In this document: positions 16,689-25,035 of the stretch, piece after piece | How the letters are laid out: each line of letters begins with the position of its first letter | How positions within the stretch are numbered: the first letter of the stretch is position 1 | Source of the DNA: a virus | Taxonomy: Duplodnaviria; Caudoviricetes | Strand: one strand, 5' to 3' | Length of the DNA stretch: 44,197 bases | Virus record (IMG/VR): IMGVR_UViG_3300024249_000002 | Location: 1 to 44,197 of that record | Position numbers and translations under genes: made by a program | The notes under the pieces: model-generated | The model's database searches: none | Told to the model about the DNA's origin: nothing | What the model saw: only the letters and a program-made list of their open reading frames with translations

Positions 16689-17231
16689 GGCAGGCGGGGC
16701 GCGGCCTGGCGTGGCCAGGCATGGCAAGGCAGGCGGGGCGGGGCGAGGCGCGGCACGGCAGGGTCAGGCAAGGCAGGCACGGCAAGGCATGGCGTGGCCG
16801 GGCACGGCAAGGCAGGCATGGCGAGGCATGGCGAGGCATGGCGAGGCATGGCTAGGCCGGGCAAGGCAGGCGAGGCGAGGCCTGGCACGGCGAGGCGAGG
16901 ATGGGTTAGGCGTGGCAGGGCAGGCAAGGCAGGCGGGGCAAGGACTCGCATCGTTAGGCGCGGCAACGCCTGGTTAGGCTGCGCATGGCTACGCGGGGAA
17001 TGGCGAGGCAAGGCAGGCGTGGCATGGCGAGTCCCGGCGTGGCAAGGCGCCGCAACGCAAGGCAAGGCAGGCGAGGCGAGGCCGGGTTAGGCGTGGACGG
17101 GTGACGACAGGCAAGGCAGGCGGGGCAGCGCTAGGCGAGGCAAGGCGCGGCAACGCTAGGCAAGGCAGGCGTGGCGCGGCGTGGCTGGGTTCGGCGCGGA
17201 CTGGCCAGGCAGGGCGAGGCAAGGCAGGCAA
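16689..17231 (+). repeat. Segmented GGY-NN pentamer array; putative guide-RNA array
   Basis: Parses exactly into 99 pentamers (mostly GGC-NN; some GGT/GGA/CGC variants) and 12 GGCA tetramers; GGCAA-GGCA closes 10 segments; ORFs over it are low-complexity artefacts. Confidence 0.9.
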
Positions 17232-17299
17232 CAACTAACGCTAACACTTAGACTTAGACACAACACAAAACGCTAAAGCGTAGGAAGCGATCACAGCAA

Positions 17300-17974
17300 A
17301 TGCCACGAGCAAAACTCACAGTCGCAAGGCAGGAACAACACATATCAATCAGCGCGCCGAACTTGCAAACGGCCGTGTTTGAATGTCGCGGGACCGCGCC
17401 GCTTATGATCTCGCGCTTTGACTCGCGCGGACCGGACGGCGCCGGGTCCAAAATGCGTCAAGCACAGGAGGCCGGTGGGACCGCGGACTCCAAGAAAAAG
17501 AAAGCTCCGCGTGATTTTGACGCGGAGTTCATGCGCGCGCGGTACCTGGCGCGCCCGGAAGGTTGGGACGGGATCAACGCCGCGGCGTTCCGCAACGCTA
17601 TGATCTCCGCGTGTCGCCTCGTGGGTTACAAAATGACGATCGCGAAGTTGTCCGTGTGGGTGATTGCGGACGGGATCAGTGAATGTGACACGCAGCTAGT
17701 TAGGATATACGGGACGCCGGAATGCAACGTCCGCAATGCGCGGAACGCGAACGGCGGAACCGACTTACGCGCGCGGCCGTTGTGGCGTGAATGGGCGTGC
17801 AACGTAACGATCCAGTATGACGCGGATCAGTTCACGTTACAGGACGTGACGCATCTAATGATGCGCGCCGGCGCGCAGGTGGGAGTGGGTGAAGGACGGC
17901 CGGATTCACGCCTGACGCCGGGAATAGGTTACGGGACTTATCGCGTGGACGGGTCCGGGACGGTGACGTCGTGA
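17300..17974 (+). CDS. Stand-alone Cas7/RAMP-like RNA-binding protein
   Basis: N-terminal strand FECRGTAPLMI, GINAAAFRNAM helix (cf. IPGSSLKG of Cas7-group RAMPs) and C-terminal Gly-rich loop GVGEGRP...GYGTYRV; AGGAAG RBS. Confidence 0.75.
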   Translation: MPRAKLTVARQEQHISISAPNLQTAVFECRGTAPLMISRFDSRGPDGAGSKMRQAQEAGGTADSKKKKAPRDFDAEFMRARYLARPEGWDGINAAAFRNAMISACRLVGYKMTIAKLSVWVIADGISECDTQLVRIYGTPECNVRNARNANGGTDLRARPLWREWACNVTIQYDADQFTLQDVTHLMMRAGAQVGVGEGRPDSRLTPGIGYGTYRVDGSGTVTS

Positions 17975-18432
17975 CGCCTGCAATCGTAGAGGAACTTCGC
18001 GCGTTGACGGCGCAACACGGTGGAACGTTACGTCCTCGTGACGTGTTAGATCGCGCCCGGGATCCTGACAACGTGTTGCATCCGTTGTTTACTTGGGACG
18101 ATACGACGGCCGCGGAACTCCGCCGCCTGGACGAGGCGCGCGGCGTGATCATGCGCGTTCGCGTGTGGGTGCAACCTCGTCCGGACAAGCCTGCCGTTCA
18201 AGTCCGGGCGTTCACTTCCCTAGCCACAGATCGCGTATCTGGCCTAGGTTATCGGCCGATTGAAGCTGTAATCACGGATCCGGTTCAACGTGTGGCGTTG
18301 CTCCGGACCGCGCTGGCGGAGCTGCATTCACTGCAACGCCGGTACGCGATCCTCGTGGAGCTAGCGGACGTGTTCGCGGCAGTGGAACGTGTGACGGGTG
18401 TGGCAGTCACAAGCGCGGAGGCGGCGCTGTGA
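17971..18432 (+). CDS. Conserved partner protein of the Cas7-like gene
   Basis: GTGA coupling; L.P..V...A.....LH..FTWDD..AA...RL..AR..I..V.V motif. Confidence 0.75.
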   Translation: MTPAIVEELRALTAQHGGTLRPRDVLDRARDPDNVLHPLFTWDDTTAAELRRLDEARGVIMRVRVWVQPRPDKPAVQVRAFTSLATDRVSGLGYRPIEAVITDPVQRVALLRTALAELHSLQRRYAILVELADVFAAVERVTGVAVTSAEAAL

Positions 18433-18686
18433 TCGGTCCGGTGACTCCCGTGGTTACGATCACACGACGCAACGCGCGGGACGTCACCGGTATGTCCTGG
18501 ACGCGTTGCCTGACGTTCGCGCGGGACCATGGCGTTCCGGTCCGGCGCCTGTCCCCTCGGACGACGGTGATTGACGCCGGCGCATTCCGCGCGGCGTTCG
18601 CGCGCCTGGCGGAGGACGGGTCCACGCCGGCCGGTCCACCCATGGACGCGCTGGACCTCGTGTTGCGCCGGCCGTTGCGACGTTGA
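18429..18686 (+). CDS. Possible excisionase / small DNA-binding protein
   Basis: Basic 85 aa; HTH-plus-wing-like pattern; at end of early operon facing the integrase. Confidence 0.45.
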   Translation: MIGPVTPVVTITRRNARDVTGMSWTRCLTFARDHGVPVRRLSPRTTVIDAGAFRAAFARLAEDGSTPAGPPMDALDLVLRRPLRR

Positions 18687-18964
18687 CGCGACATGTGCGA
18701 TCACGCGTTATGGACGGCTTGAAGGACCGGAACGATCAAATGTCAATGCGTATCCTGGCCGTGTTGGCAACGCGTGAGGACGCGCCGATCGCGGACGTGT
18801 TGAACCTCGTGGCGCGGGACGAGGACGAGCGGACGCTCGCGCTGATGGCGCTTGGCGGACTGATCGGGCGCGGCGTGGACTTCGTGGGCGCGGAGGGATA
18901 CACGCGCCGGGTCCCACTGGCGGAGCTTCGTGTCCGCCTCGTCCCGTTGGATCGGCCGCGGTAG
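18683..18964 (+). CDS. Hypothetical protein
   Basis: TTGA overlap; start uncertain. Confidence 0.55.
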   Translation: MTRHVRSRVMDGLKDRNDQMSMRILAVLATREDAPIADVLNLVARDEDERTLALMALGGLIGRGVDFVGAEGYTRRVPLAELRVRLVPLDRPR

Positions 18965-19127
18965 GCGCCAAACGCAAAACGACCTCGTGTCACCGCTGCA
19001 AAGTGACACGAGGCCTAGCAACCCGCGAAGGCAACCACCCGCCACGAACGAGCAACCGGGACGCTACCTCCGGCCGGCGCCGGGCGCAACCGTGGACAAC
19101 CGGGCGCGCCTGTGACACGACGCGGCC

Positions 19128-19352
19128 ATGGCGAACGAGGCGGACGACGGACACGCGCGTGTGGGCGTGGCGCAAGCTGGCGCGCGGGTTGAACACGTCT
19201 ATCCGCCAGCGCCCACCACGCCCACCGCGCCTACACCGTACGTCGTGGTGACGGCCGTCGTGTGTGCGGTGGCCTCCGTGTGGCAACCCGCGATCGGCAT
19301 TGCGTGGATCATTGGGTTCCTCGTGTGGCGGGACTTGCTCCGCGCGCGCTGA
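19128..19352 (+). CDS. Small membrane protein (two hydrophobic segments)
   Basis: YVVVTAVVCAVASVW and IGIAWIIGFLVW. Confidence 0.55.
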   Translation: MANEADDGHARVGVAQAGARVEHVYPPAPTTPTAPTPYVVVTAVVCAVASVWQPAIGIAWIIGFLVWRDLLRAR

Positions 19353-19521
19353 CGGCGGAGCTAAGCGGACGCCGGAGCGAGTACAGGGACAGGCGGAGGC
19401 GTTCCACTTCAAGCGCACGGGTCCGTTCCGCGTACGCCTCGTGTAACAGCTTGACGAGGCGCGCACCGGCGCGCGCCATCCTGGCCGCGCGGTCCGGCGT
19501 AGGCGCGGCGTACCACGTCAC
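19309..19521 (-). CDS. Hypothetical protein
   Basis: GTGA overlap with upstream gene. Confidence 0.45.
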   Translation of the reverse strand: MTWYAAPTPDRAARMARAGARLVKLLHEAYAERTRALEVERLRLSLYSLRRPLSSAVSARGASPATRGTQ

Positions 19522-20156
19522 GGCGCCACCGCCCGGCGCAAGGCGTCCTCGACTTCGCCAGCGTCAAGCCACACGCCTACGGTCTCCGCCTCCGTCATGA
19601 GCGCCAGCGCGGCCGCGCCCACGGATCCGGCCGCTCGGACTCGTCCGGCCAGGAAGTCCGGATCCACAGTGGGCGCCACGAACCGGGTGTAGGTGGGGAC
19701 CCGCGCCACCGTCACACGCAAGTCCGCAAGCTCCGTTTCCTTCTGCTGCGCAAGTGGGCGCCACCGTCCGCGGCGCTGGCCGTCCGGCGTGTCTGTCGTG
19801 GACCCGGCGTAACCTGTGCACAGGTACGTCAACAACGCCTCGTTCGCGCGCAACGTGTGGACTAGCTCGGACACCACGACACGCGGATCAATCCGCGCCA
19901 GGTACTTCCACCGGCCTAACCACGCGGGTTGCGGCAGTCCTTCGCCCACACAAGACCACAACACAACCTTGGCGCCTGGCTTGCCGTCCTCACGTTCACC
20001 GGGTGGGACGAGGTATAACTCGTTCCGCGCTTCCGGACGGTCCCGGAGTGGTTCGCCCACGTCGTACCACACGGCGCCGCGGCGTGGTGCGGTGGCGGTG
20101 GGTGCGGTGGCGGTGGCGGTGGGCGCGGTGGCATTGTGAACGAGGCGCAACGTCAT
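19518..20156 (-). CDS. Hypothetical protein with N-terminal TAPTATA repeat
   Basis: Start re-assigned to ATG 20156 after AGGGAG. Confidence 0.65.
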   Translation of the reverse strand: MTLRLVHNATAPTATATAPTATAPRRGAVWYDVGEPLRDRPEARNELYLVPPGEREDGKPGAKVVLWSCVGEGLPQPAWLGRWKYLARIDPRVVVSELVHTLRANEALLTYLCTGYAGSTTDTPDGQRRGRWRPLAQQKETELADLRVTVARVPTYTRFVAPTVDPDFLAGRVRAAGSVGAAALALMTEAETVGVWLDAGEVEDALRRAVAP

Positions 20157-20463
20157 TTGTCTGACTCCCTGGCTGTCAATCAACCAACGATCGGGAGTCT
20201 GGAAGGCCTCGTTCCGGCGCGCTAGTTTTGGCGGCGCGGAGTATGGTGGCCAACACACGTCATGTCGAACGCAATCGAACAAAACGTATCGTCTATTTAC
20301 TGCCTAAATGGCCCGCTAGAAACGCTTGCGGGCGCGTGATTATTACCACGCGCCCGCAACACAACTTGTTTATCCGGCGTTTATTGGCAGAGTTTCAGGC
20401 GGTACTGCCCCTGATGGTGGCCGTTAGCAGTGCACAAAAAACGCTACTAAACATGTTGTATCC
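20157..20463. other. Probable attP region containing a 13-bp inverted repeat (20326-20359)
   Basis: AT-rich gap directly downstream of the integrase; TTGCGGGCGCGTG-attattac-CACGCGCCCGCAA. Confidence 0.5.
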
Positions 20464-21786
20464 TCACTCCGCCGCATTGGCCGTAGACGATTCAAGACGA
20501 TTCACTAGTTCTAGCAGCTCCGGGATGGCTTCGTGGAGGGGGACGAGCGTCACCGTTCCGCGGGCCACGAGGACGCCGGCCGCGTCCGTGTAGTGAGCGA
20601 TCATGACTGCGCCCGTGTGGCCGGTGTGTGACCGGATGTAACCATCTCCGCGTCCCTGTGCTACGGCCAGCGTCACAAAGAACCGGCGCAAGTCGTGGAT
20701 ACGGATCTGGCGCCTGTCGCCTTCGGACTTGCCGTGGATCGCAAGCTCCGGATGCAGGTTGAACACGCCGGCCTTTGCCAACGAACGCCGGAACGATCTG
20801 CTGAAATAACGCTTCCGCCCGAAGATCAGATCGGTCGGTTTGGCGTCCGGCGCGAAACACGTGCGGTACATGCGGAGCGCCGATACAACGTCAGCGTCCA
20901 ACGCGAGATCGTTCGCGGACGTCGTCTTGGTTCGGTACAAAGACAGGATCCCGTCCGAGGACAGATCGCTCCATTTCAAGGCTAACGCCTCGCCAAGTCG
21001 CAACCCTACGCGCGCCAGGAACCCGCAAAGGATCCTGTCTTGGATCGGGACCTCGCGACACGTCATGAGTAACCGGTAGTCCTCCGGGTGGAAGGCCGGC
21101 GTCCGGCGCACGTCTCGGATCTTCGGGCGCGCCTGACGCGGAATCGGATGGCCGGTGATCACTTCAAGCGGATAGCGCGCAATGGACAACACCCGGCAAA
21201 TCATTTTCCACACGTACAGTATCGTTTGATCGCGGCGCTTGGCGGCGCGCATCCGAGCCACCACGAGGTTCAAGTGTGTCACGCGCAAGTCCTGGATCGG
21301 GACAATGCCGATCACGGGATACGCATACAACCTGAACATGGATTCATCCCGTTTCGCAGACTTCACTACAGGGACCGCGTCCCCGTGTTCCTCGTGGAGC
21401 TTGCCGGACGTCCACTGCTTAGCTAGGCGTTCGAACGTCAATCCCTCCGTGACAAGTGCAACACCCACGAGCGCCGTGATCACGTCGTCATGTGCGATAT
21501 CCTCCCAGCGCTGGACGTAATCCGGTCCCGCCAGTGGTGGGCGCACGTCACGCATGCGGCGTGACGCCTCCGTAAACCCAGCCTGGATCTGTTGTGGCGA
21601 CAGCCGCGCCGCCTGTTGCAGCTTGCGCGCGTATGCGTTCATCACCCGGAGTGCTGGCTTGACGTAAGGATCCGTCGCGTTGCGCCACAACGGCACAGAT
21701 AGGCGCTGTCCGCCTGCAATCGTCAAACGCGCAATCAAGGTTCCGTCCGCGGACGTGTACGTCGTACCGGTTGCTTGCCGACCCAT
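20464..21786 (-). CDS. int: Tyrosine integrase
   Basis: GLRLGEALALKWSD (R), TKT (K), HDLRR (HxxR), TGH, HY (Tyr). Confidence 0.93.
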   Translation of the reverse strand: MGRQATGTTYTSADGTLIARLTIAGGQRLSVPLWRNATDPYVKPALRVMNAYARKLQQAARLSPQQIQAGFTEASRRMRDVRPPLAGPDYVQRWEDIAHDDVITALVGVALVTEGLTFERLAKQWTSGKLHEEHGDAVPVVKSAKRDESMFRLYAYPVIGIVPIQDLRVTHLNLVVARMRAAKRRDQTILYVWKMICRVLSIARYPLEVITGHPIPRQARPKIRDVRRTPAFHPEDYRLLMTCREVPIQDRILCGFLARVGLRLGEALALKWSDLSSDGILSLYRTKTTSANDLALDADVVSALRMYRTCFAPDAKPTDLIFGRKRYFSRSFRRSLAKAGVFNLHPELAIHGKSEGDRRQIRIHDLRRFFVTLAVAQGRGDGYIRSHTGHTGAVMIAHYTDAAGVLVARGTVTLVPLHEAIPELLELVNRLESSTANAAE

Positions 21787-21944
21787 ATGTGTCTACTCCT
21801 AAACGTGTCGTGTTGCTGGCTACTATCTGACGCGTCGTGTATGACCCGTCGTGTAGCCATGTCGAGTTAGACACGATTTATTACCGCTGGCAACCCGCGC
21901 GAACATGTTGCGTCGTGAACGGCGCGTTGTGTATTGTGCGTGGG

Positions 21945-22412
21945 ATGCGAGATCACACGAAGCGCTTGACACGATTTATTCAATCGTTGCCGGAGGCTAC
22001 GACGGTCCCGGAGATCGTACGCCGGGCGGCGCGCGCCGGGATCCTGACCTCGGACAAACAAGTTTATAACGCTAGATATCGTCTACGCCGCGCCGGTGCG
22101 CCCGTGGCCGTGGACCGTGTGGCGGCGCCGGTGGCGGCCGCGGCGTCCACGCCGTCCACGCCGTCCAAGCGCGCCACGCCACGGCCGGCCTCGACACGCC
22201 GCGCGGCCACGCCCACCCGGCGCCAGGCGCCACGCCCGCCGGCCGCGCCGCCTGGCCACCCACCGGCGCCGCCCATGCCGTCACTGGACGAGGTGGTGGC
22301 CAGCTTCCGGTCCGCGGCCGTGCGCCTTGGGACGGAGCGCGCCTTGGCGTTGCTCCGCACGCTGGCGGAGGACGTGGGCGCGCCCGGGTCCGTGGCCGTC
22401 CCTAACACATGA
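21945..22412 (+). CDS. Putative DNA-binding protein with basic Ala/Pro-rich linker
   Basis: Start ATG 21945; EIV..A...G...S.KQVYNAR.R HTH-like; TTGCGT-18-TATTGT just upstream. Confidence 0.6.
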   Translation: MRDHTKRLTRFIQSLPEATTVPEIVRRAARAGILTSDKQVYNARYRLRRAGAPVAVDRVAAPVAAAASTPSTPSKRATPRPASTRRAATPTRRQAPRPPAAPPGHPPAPPMPSLDEVVASFRSAAVRLGTERALALLRTLAEDVGAPGSVAVPNT

Positions 22413-25026
22413 GCGTCGCTGTAAACCCGGACTGCACACCTCCGCCGTCCGTCCCGTAAAACACCTGTGTTGTGACGTTAGACAGAAGTGCAAGCGACAA
22501 CGTGTGAGATCCGATCGCGGGTTGCCACACGAGGGACGGGGATATCATGCCAACCTCACTGGCGGCGCCGGTCTTGAACTTGCCGCGCAGTCCGAGGACC
22601 GTGGTTAGCGCGGCGTCTTGCACGAACGCGGCGTTGCCTTCGTTTCCCGCGGAGGCATGTCCAGTGGACATGGCGCCCGTCGCAAACATGAACGGCGCCC
22701 ACTGGCCTTGCACGAACTCCAACTTCGCGTTGCCTTGAACTTGCCATGCGCTGGCTACCGTGACGGCATATGTTGCGTTCGCAAACAAGAACGACGGCAT
22801 GATCGGAACCTGGTTATCGTTGTTCCACAGATCCACGCGCGGCGTGTTCGTATCGTTGCCGTTCATGCGCCACGTGAGAGATCCGTTTGCGGCGCGCGCG
22901 CGTATCGTTCCGAGGTAACGCCGGGTTTCATCGCCGGACTTGATCAGGAAACCGCTGACTGTAGAACGGATAACGCTCGTGGCACGCACGGAACTACTTG
23001 TCCACGCTAACAGCTCCAAACCGACGTTGCCGGCCAACGGGTTAGCTTGATTAGTTAGGTATCCGAACACGTCGTATACAAGGTCCGTTGTCAACCCAGA
23101 TAGCGCAAGTGTGGCGCCGTTCGTTGCTATGGGAACAACTTGTCCCACCGTTGACGAATACAACGCGATCAGTGTCCCCGTGTATGGGAGCAACCATATT
23201 GAAGTAGCGGCGGGAATGTCCGCCACCGGGATCGCGTTGCTGGCATTCAAGGTCAACCGGAGCTGATTCACGGCGCCGCATGCGTTAGAAAACGACCATG
23301 CGGCAGTGGCCGCGGCGGTGGCTCTTAGAGCTTGCCCTTGCACAGGCGCGGGCGTGCCGGAGATAGACACGTCCGTTGCGCCTGACAGCGTGCTCGCCTT
23401 TAGAAACCGCGTATCGTTTCCCTGTGCGAACGTGCCGGAGGTGGATCCATACGCGGGTAGTCCGTGTGTATGATCGGACCGGCACAACGCCGCGTTGGAA
23501 CCGCCGCTGTTACTTCCTCCAACTGTTAGCGAAACAGGAACCGCCACGTTGACAACGTGTTTGTGGTCAGCGCGTGCCGCGGTCGTAGCTACGCCAACAA
23601 CGGCCGAGTTAGAATCAACGGCAGCGGGCGCGGTAGCCGTGAGTGCCGCGGCGCCCGTCGCAACGCCTGCTAGCTTTACTTTCTCCGCGCCGGAGAAAAA
23701 CCCGCTAACCGTTGTGGTTGCGTCCGCGTGGAGCGCGCCGCCTCCGCGGTTCCCATGCTGGCCGTCAAACGACAGGACGCCTACACGCAACCCGTTAGGG
23801 TTGTTGACAACGATCGATCCTTCCACCGTGTCAACCTGGACGTCCAGGCCTTGGCTGCGACTTCCGGTGCGCTTCAACCCGTAACCGAGTTCGATCCCGG
23901 CCGTCCCGTTGGCCTGTGTCCAGTAGGATCCGGTGACACCTAACACAAACGGTTCGCCAGGATCGTCCATGATCCATAACGCGTTTTGCACGTAGGACGA
24001 CGAATCACTCATTTGACCGTATTCGATCAGGTACTGGATCCCAGCGCCGATATCCACGGACCGCGCAAAGTCAGGCGGCCGGGTCCAGGCGCCTGTCTGT
24101 ATGATCCATGGTCCGTTTTCCGCGCCGTCGTCCTGGCCGGTCAACAGGATACGCATCCCGGCCGTGATCGTGGTTTCGCCTAACGGGACACCCGTCAGGT
24201 CCTCTTGTTCGTATGAGATGAACCAACATGGCGGACGATATGTTACGAATGGTCCGCACGGGACCATGGACTCGTCCCCGGGGACGTTGCTCGCGCCACG
24301 CCACACGGATCCGCCGTACGTGTCCCCCTGCGCGATCCACACGAGCGAACGCGTTGTGATCTCGCTCGGAACAAACACCCAAGCGCCGTTCGTTCCGGTC
24401 CCTGGCGTTACGACTTCATACACGCCGAACGCCGGCCACAAGACCCGGTCCCCGGCCGCCAGCGGTCCCGCGCCGTCCGCGTAAAGCGGCGCCGCGTCCG
24501 GGGTCAACGTTTCTTCCGCCCACACGGCGCGGCAAGCGCCTTTCCAGTCGTTCGGGTGGGTGTGGTCCGCGGCGCTCGCCAGGTCCGACACGCCGGCGCT
24601 GGCCGCGCCATTGTTCGGCAACGGCGCTTCCTCGGATATGACGGCCGCGCTGGCTAGGCGGAGTTTTTCCGTGGGTGACATGAACCCGGGCGCCGTGTCC
24701 GTGGCCAGTGCGTGGAGTGCTCCGCCGCCTAGGTTGCCGTGTTGTGCGTCCGAGGCCAGCGCCTGGACGGCCACGCCGGCCGGTCCCACCGTGAGGCCTC
24801 CGCCCGGCGCTGGCTTGACGCTTAGCGTGTTCGCCGTGAGCAACAACCCGTTGCCAGCGATCACACCTCCGCCCGGCGTTGACGCCCATTCCGCGGAAGT
24901 GGACGACGTAGCCACGAGCGTGTCCCCGGCGTTCGGCGTGTTGCCCGTTAGGACGACAGGCGGACCCGCCTCCGTTGCGATCTCACTGATGGGTGTACCG
25001 GCCAGGATCGTGTCTAGAAAGCTCAT
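22402..25026 (-). CDS. Tail fibre / receptor-binding protein
   Basis: 874 aa, Gly/Ala/Thr-rich, repeated DHxH motifs, last gene of tail operon. Confidence 0.8.
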   Translation of the reverse strand: MSFLDTILAGTPISEIATEAGPPVVLTGNTPNAGDTLVATSSTSAEWASTPGGGVIAGNGLLLTANTLSVKPAPGGGLTVGPAGVAVQALASDAQHGNLGGGALHALATDTAPGFMSPTEKLRLASAAVISEEAPLPNNGAASAGVSDLASAADHTHPNDWKGACRAVWAEETLTPDAAPLYADGAGPLAAGDRVLWPAFGVYEVVTPGTGTNGAWVFVPSEITTRSLVWIAQGDTYGGSVWRGASNVPGDESMVPCGPFVTYRPPCWFISYEQEDLTGVPLGETTITAGMRILLTGQDDGAENGPWIIQTGAWTRPPDFARSVDIGAGIQYLIEYGQMSDSSSYVQNALWIMDDPGEPFVLGVTGSYWTQANGTAGIELGYGLKRTGSRSQGLDVQVDTVEGSIVVNNPNGLRVGVLSFDGQHGNRGGGALHADATTTVSGFFSGAEKVKLAGVATGAAALTATAPAAVDSNSAVVGVATTAARADHKHVVNVAVPVSLTVGGSNSGGSNAALCRSDHTHGLPAYGSTSGTFAQGNDTRFLKASTLSGATDVSISGTPAPVQGQALRATAAATAAWSFSNACGAVNQLRLTLNASNAIPVADIPAATSIWLLPYTGTLIALYSSTVGQVVPIATNGATLALSGLTTDLVYDVFGYLTNQANPLAGNVGLELLAWTSSSVRATSVIRSTVSGFLIKSGDETRRYLGTIRARAANGSLTWRMNGNDTNTPRVDLWNNDNQVPIMPSFLFANATYAVTVASAWQVQGNAKLEFVQGQWAPFMFATGAMSTGHASAGNEGNAAFVQDAALTTVLGLRGKFKTGAASEVGMISPSLVWQPAIGSHTLSLALLSNVTTQVFYGTDGGGVQSGFTATLMC

Positions 25027-25035
25027 TGTGTCACC

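Noticed and set aside
16689-17231. Canonical CRISPR array, simple microsatellite or G-quadruplex-only element
   Set aside because: No 23-50-nt repeats with unique spacers; too variable and punctuated for a microsatellite; two-tier G4 folding is possible but does not explain the delimiters or the adjacent RAMP gene
16515-17234. Several ORFs over the pentamer array (e.g. 16650-17090, 16681-16977, 16631-17065)
   Set aside because: Low-complexity translations of a 5-nt repeat in multiple frames; periodicity does not fit codons
20161-20290. tRNA fragment as attP core (GTTCGA motifs on the minus strand)
   Set aside because: No T-arm stem or acceptor-stem context could be built
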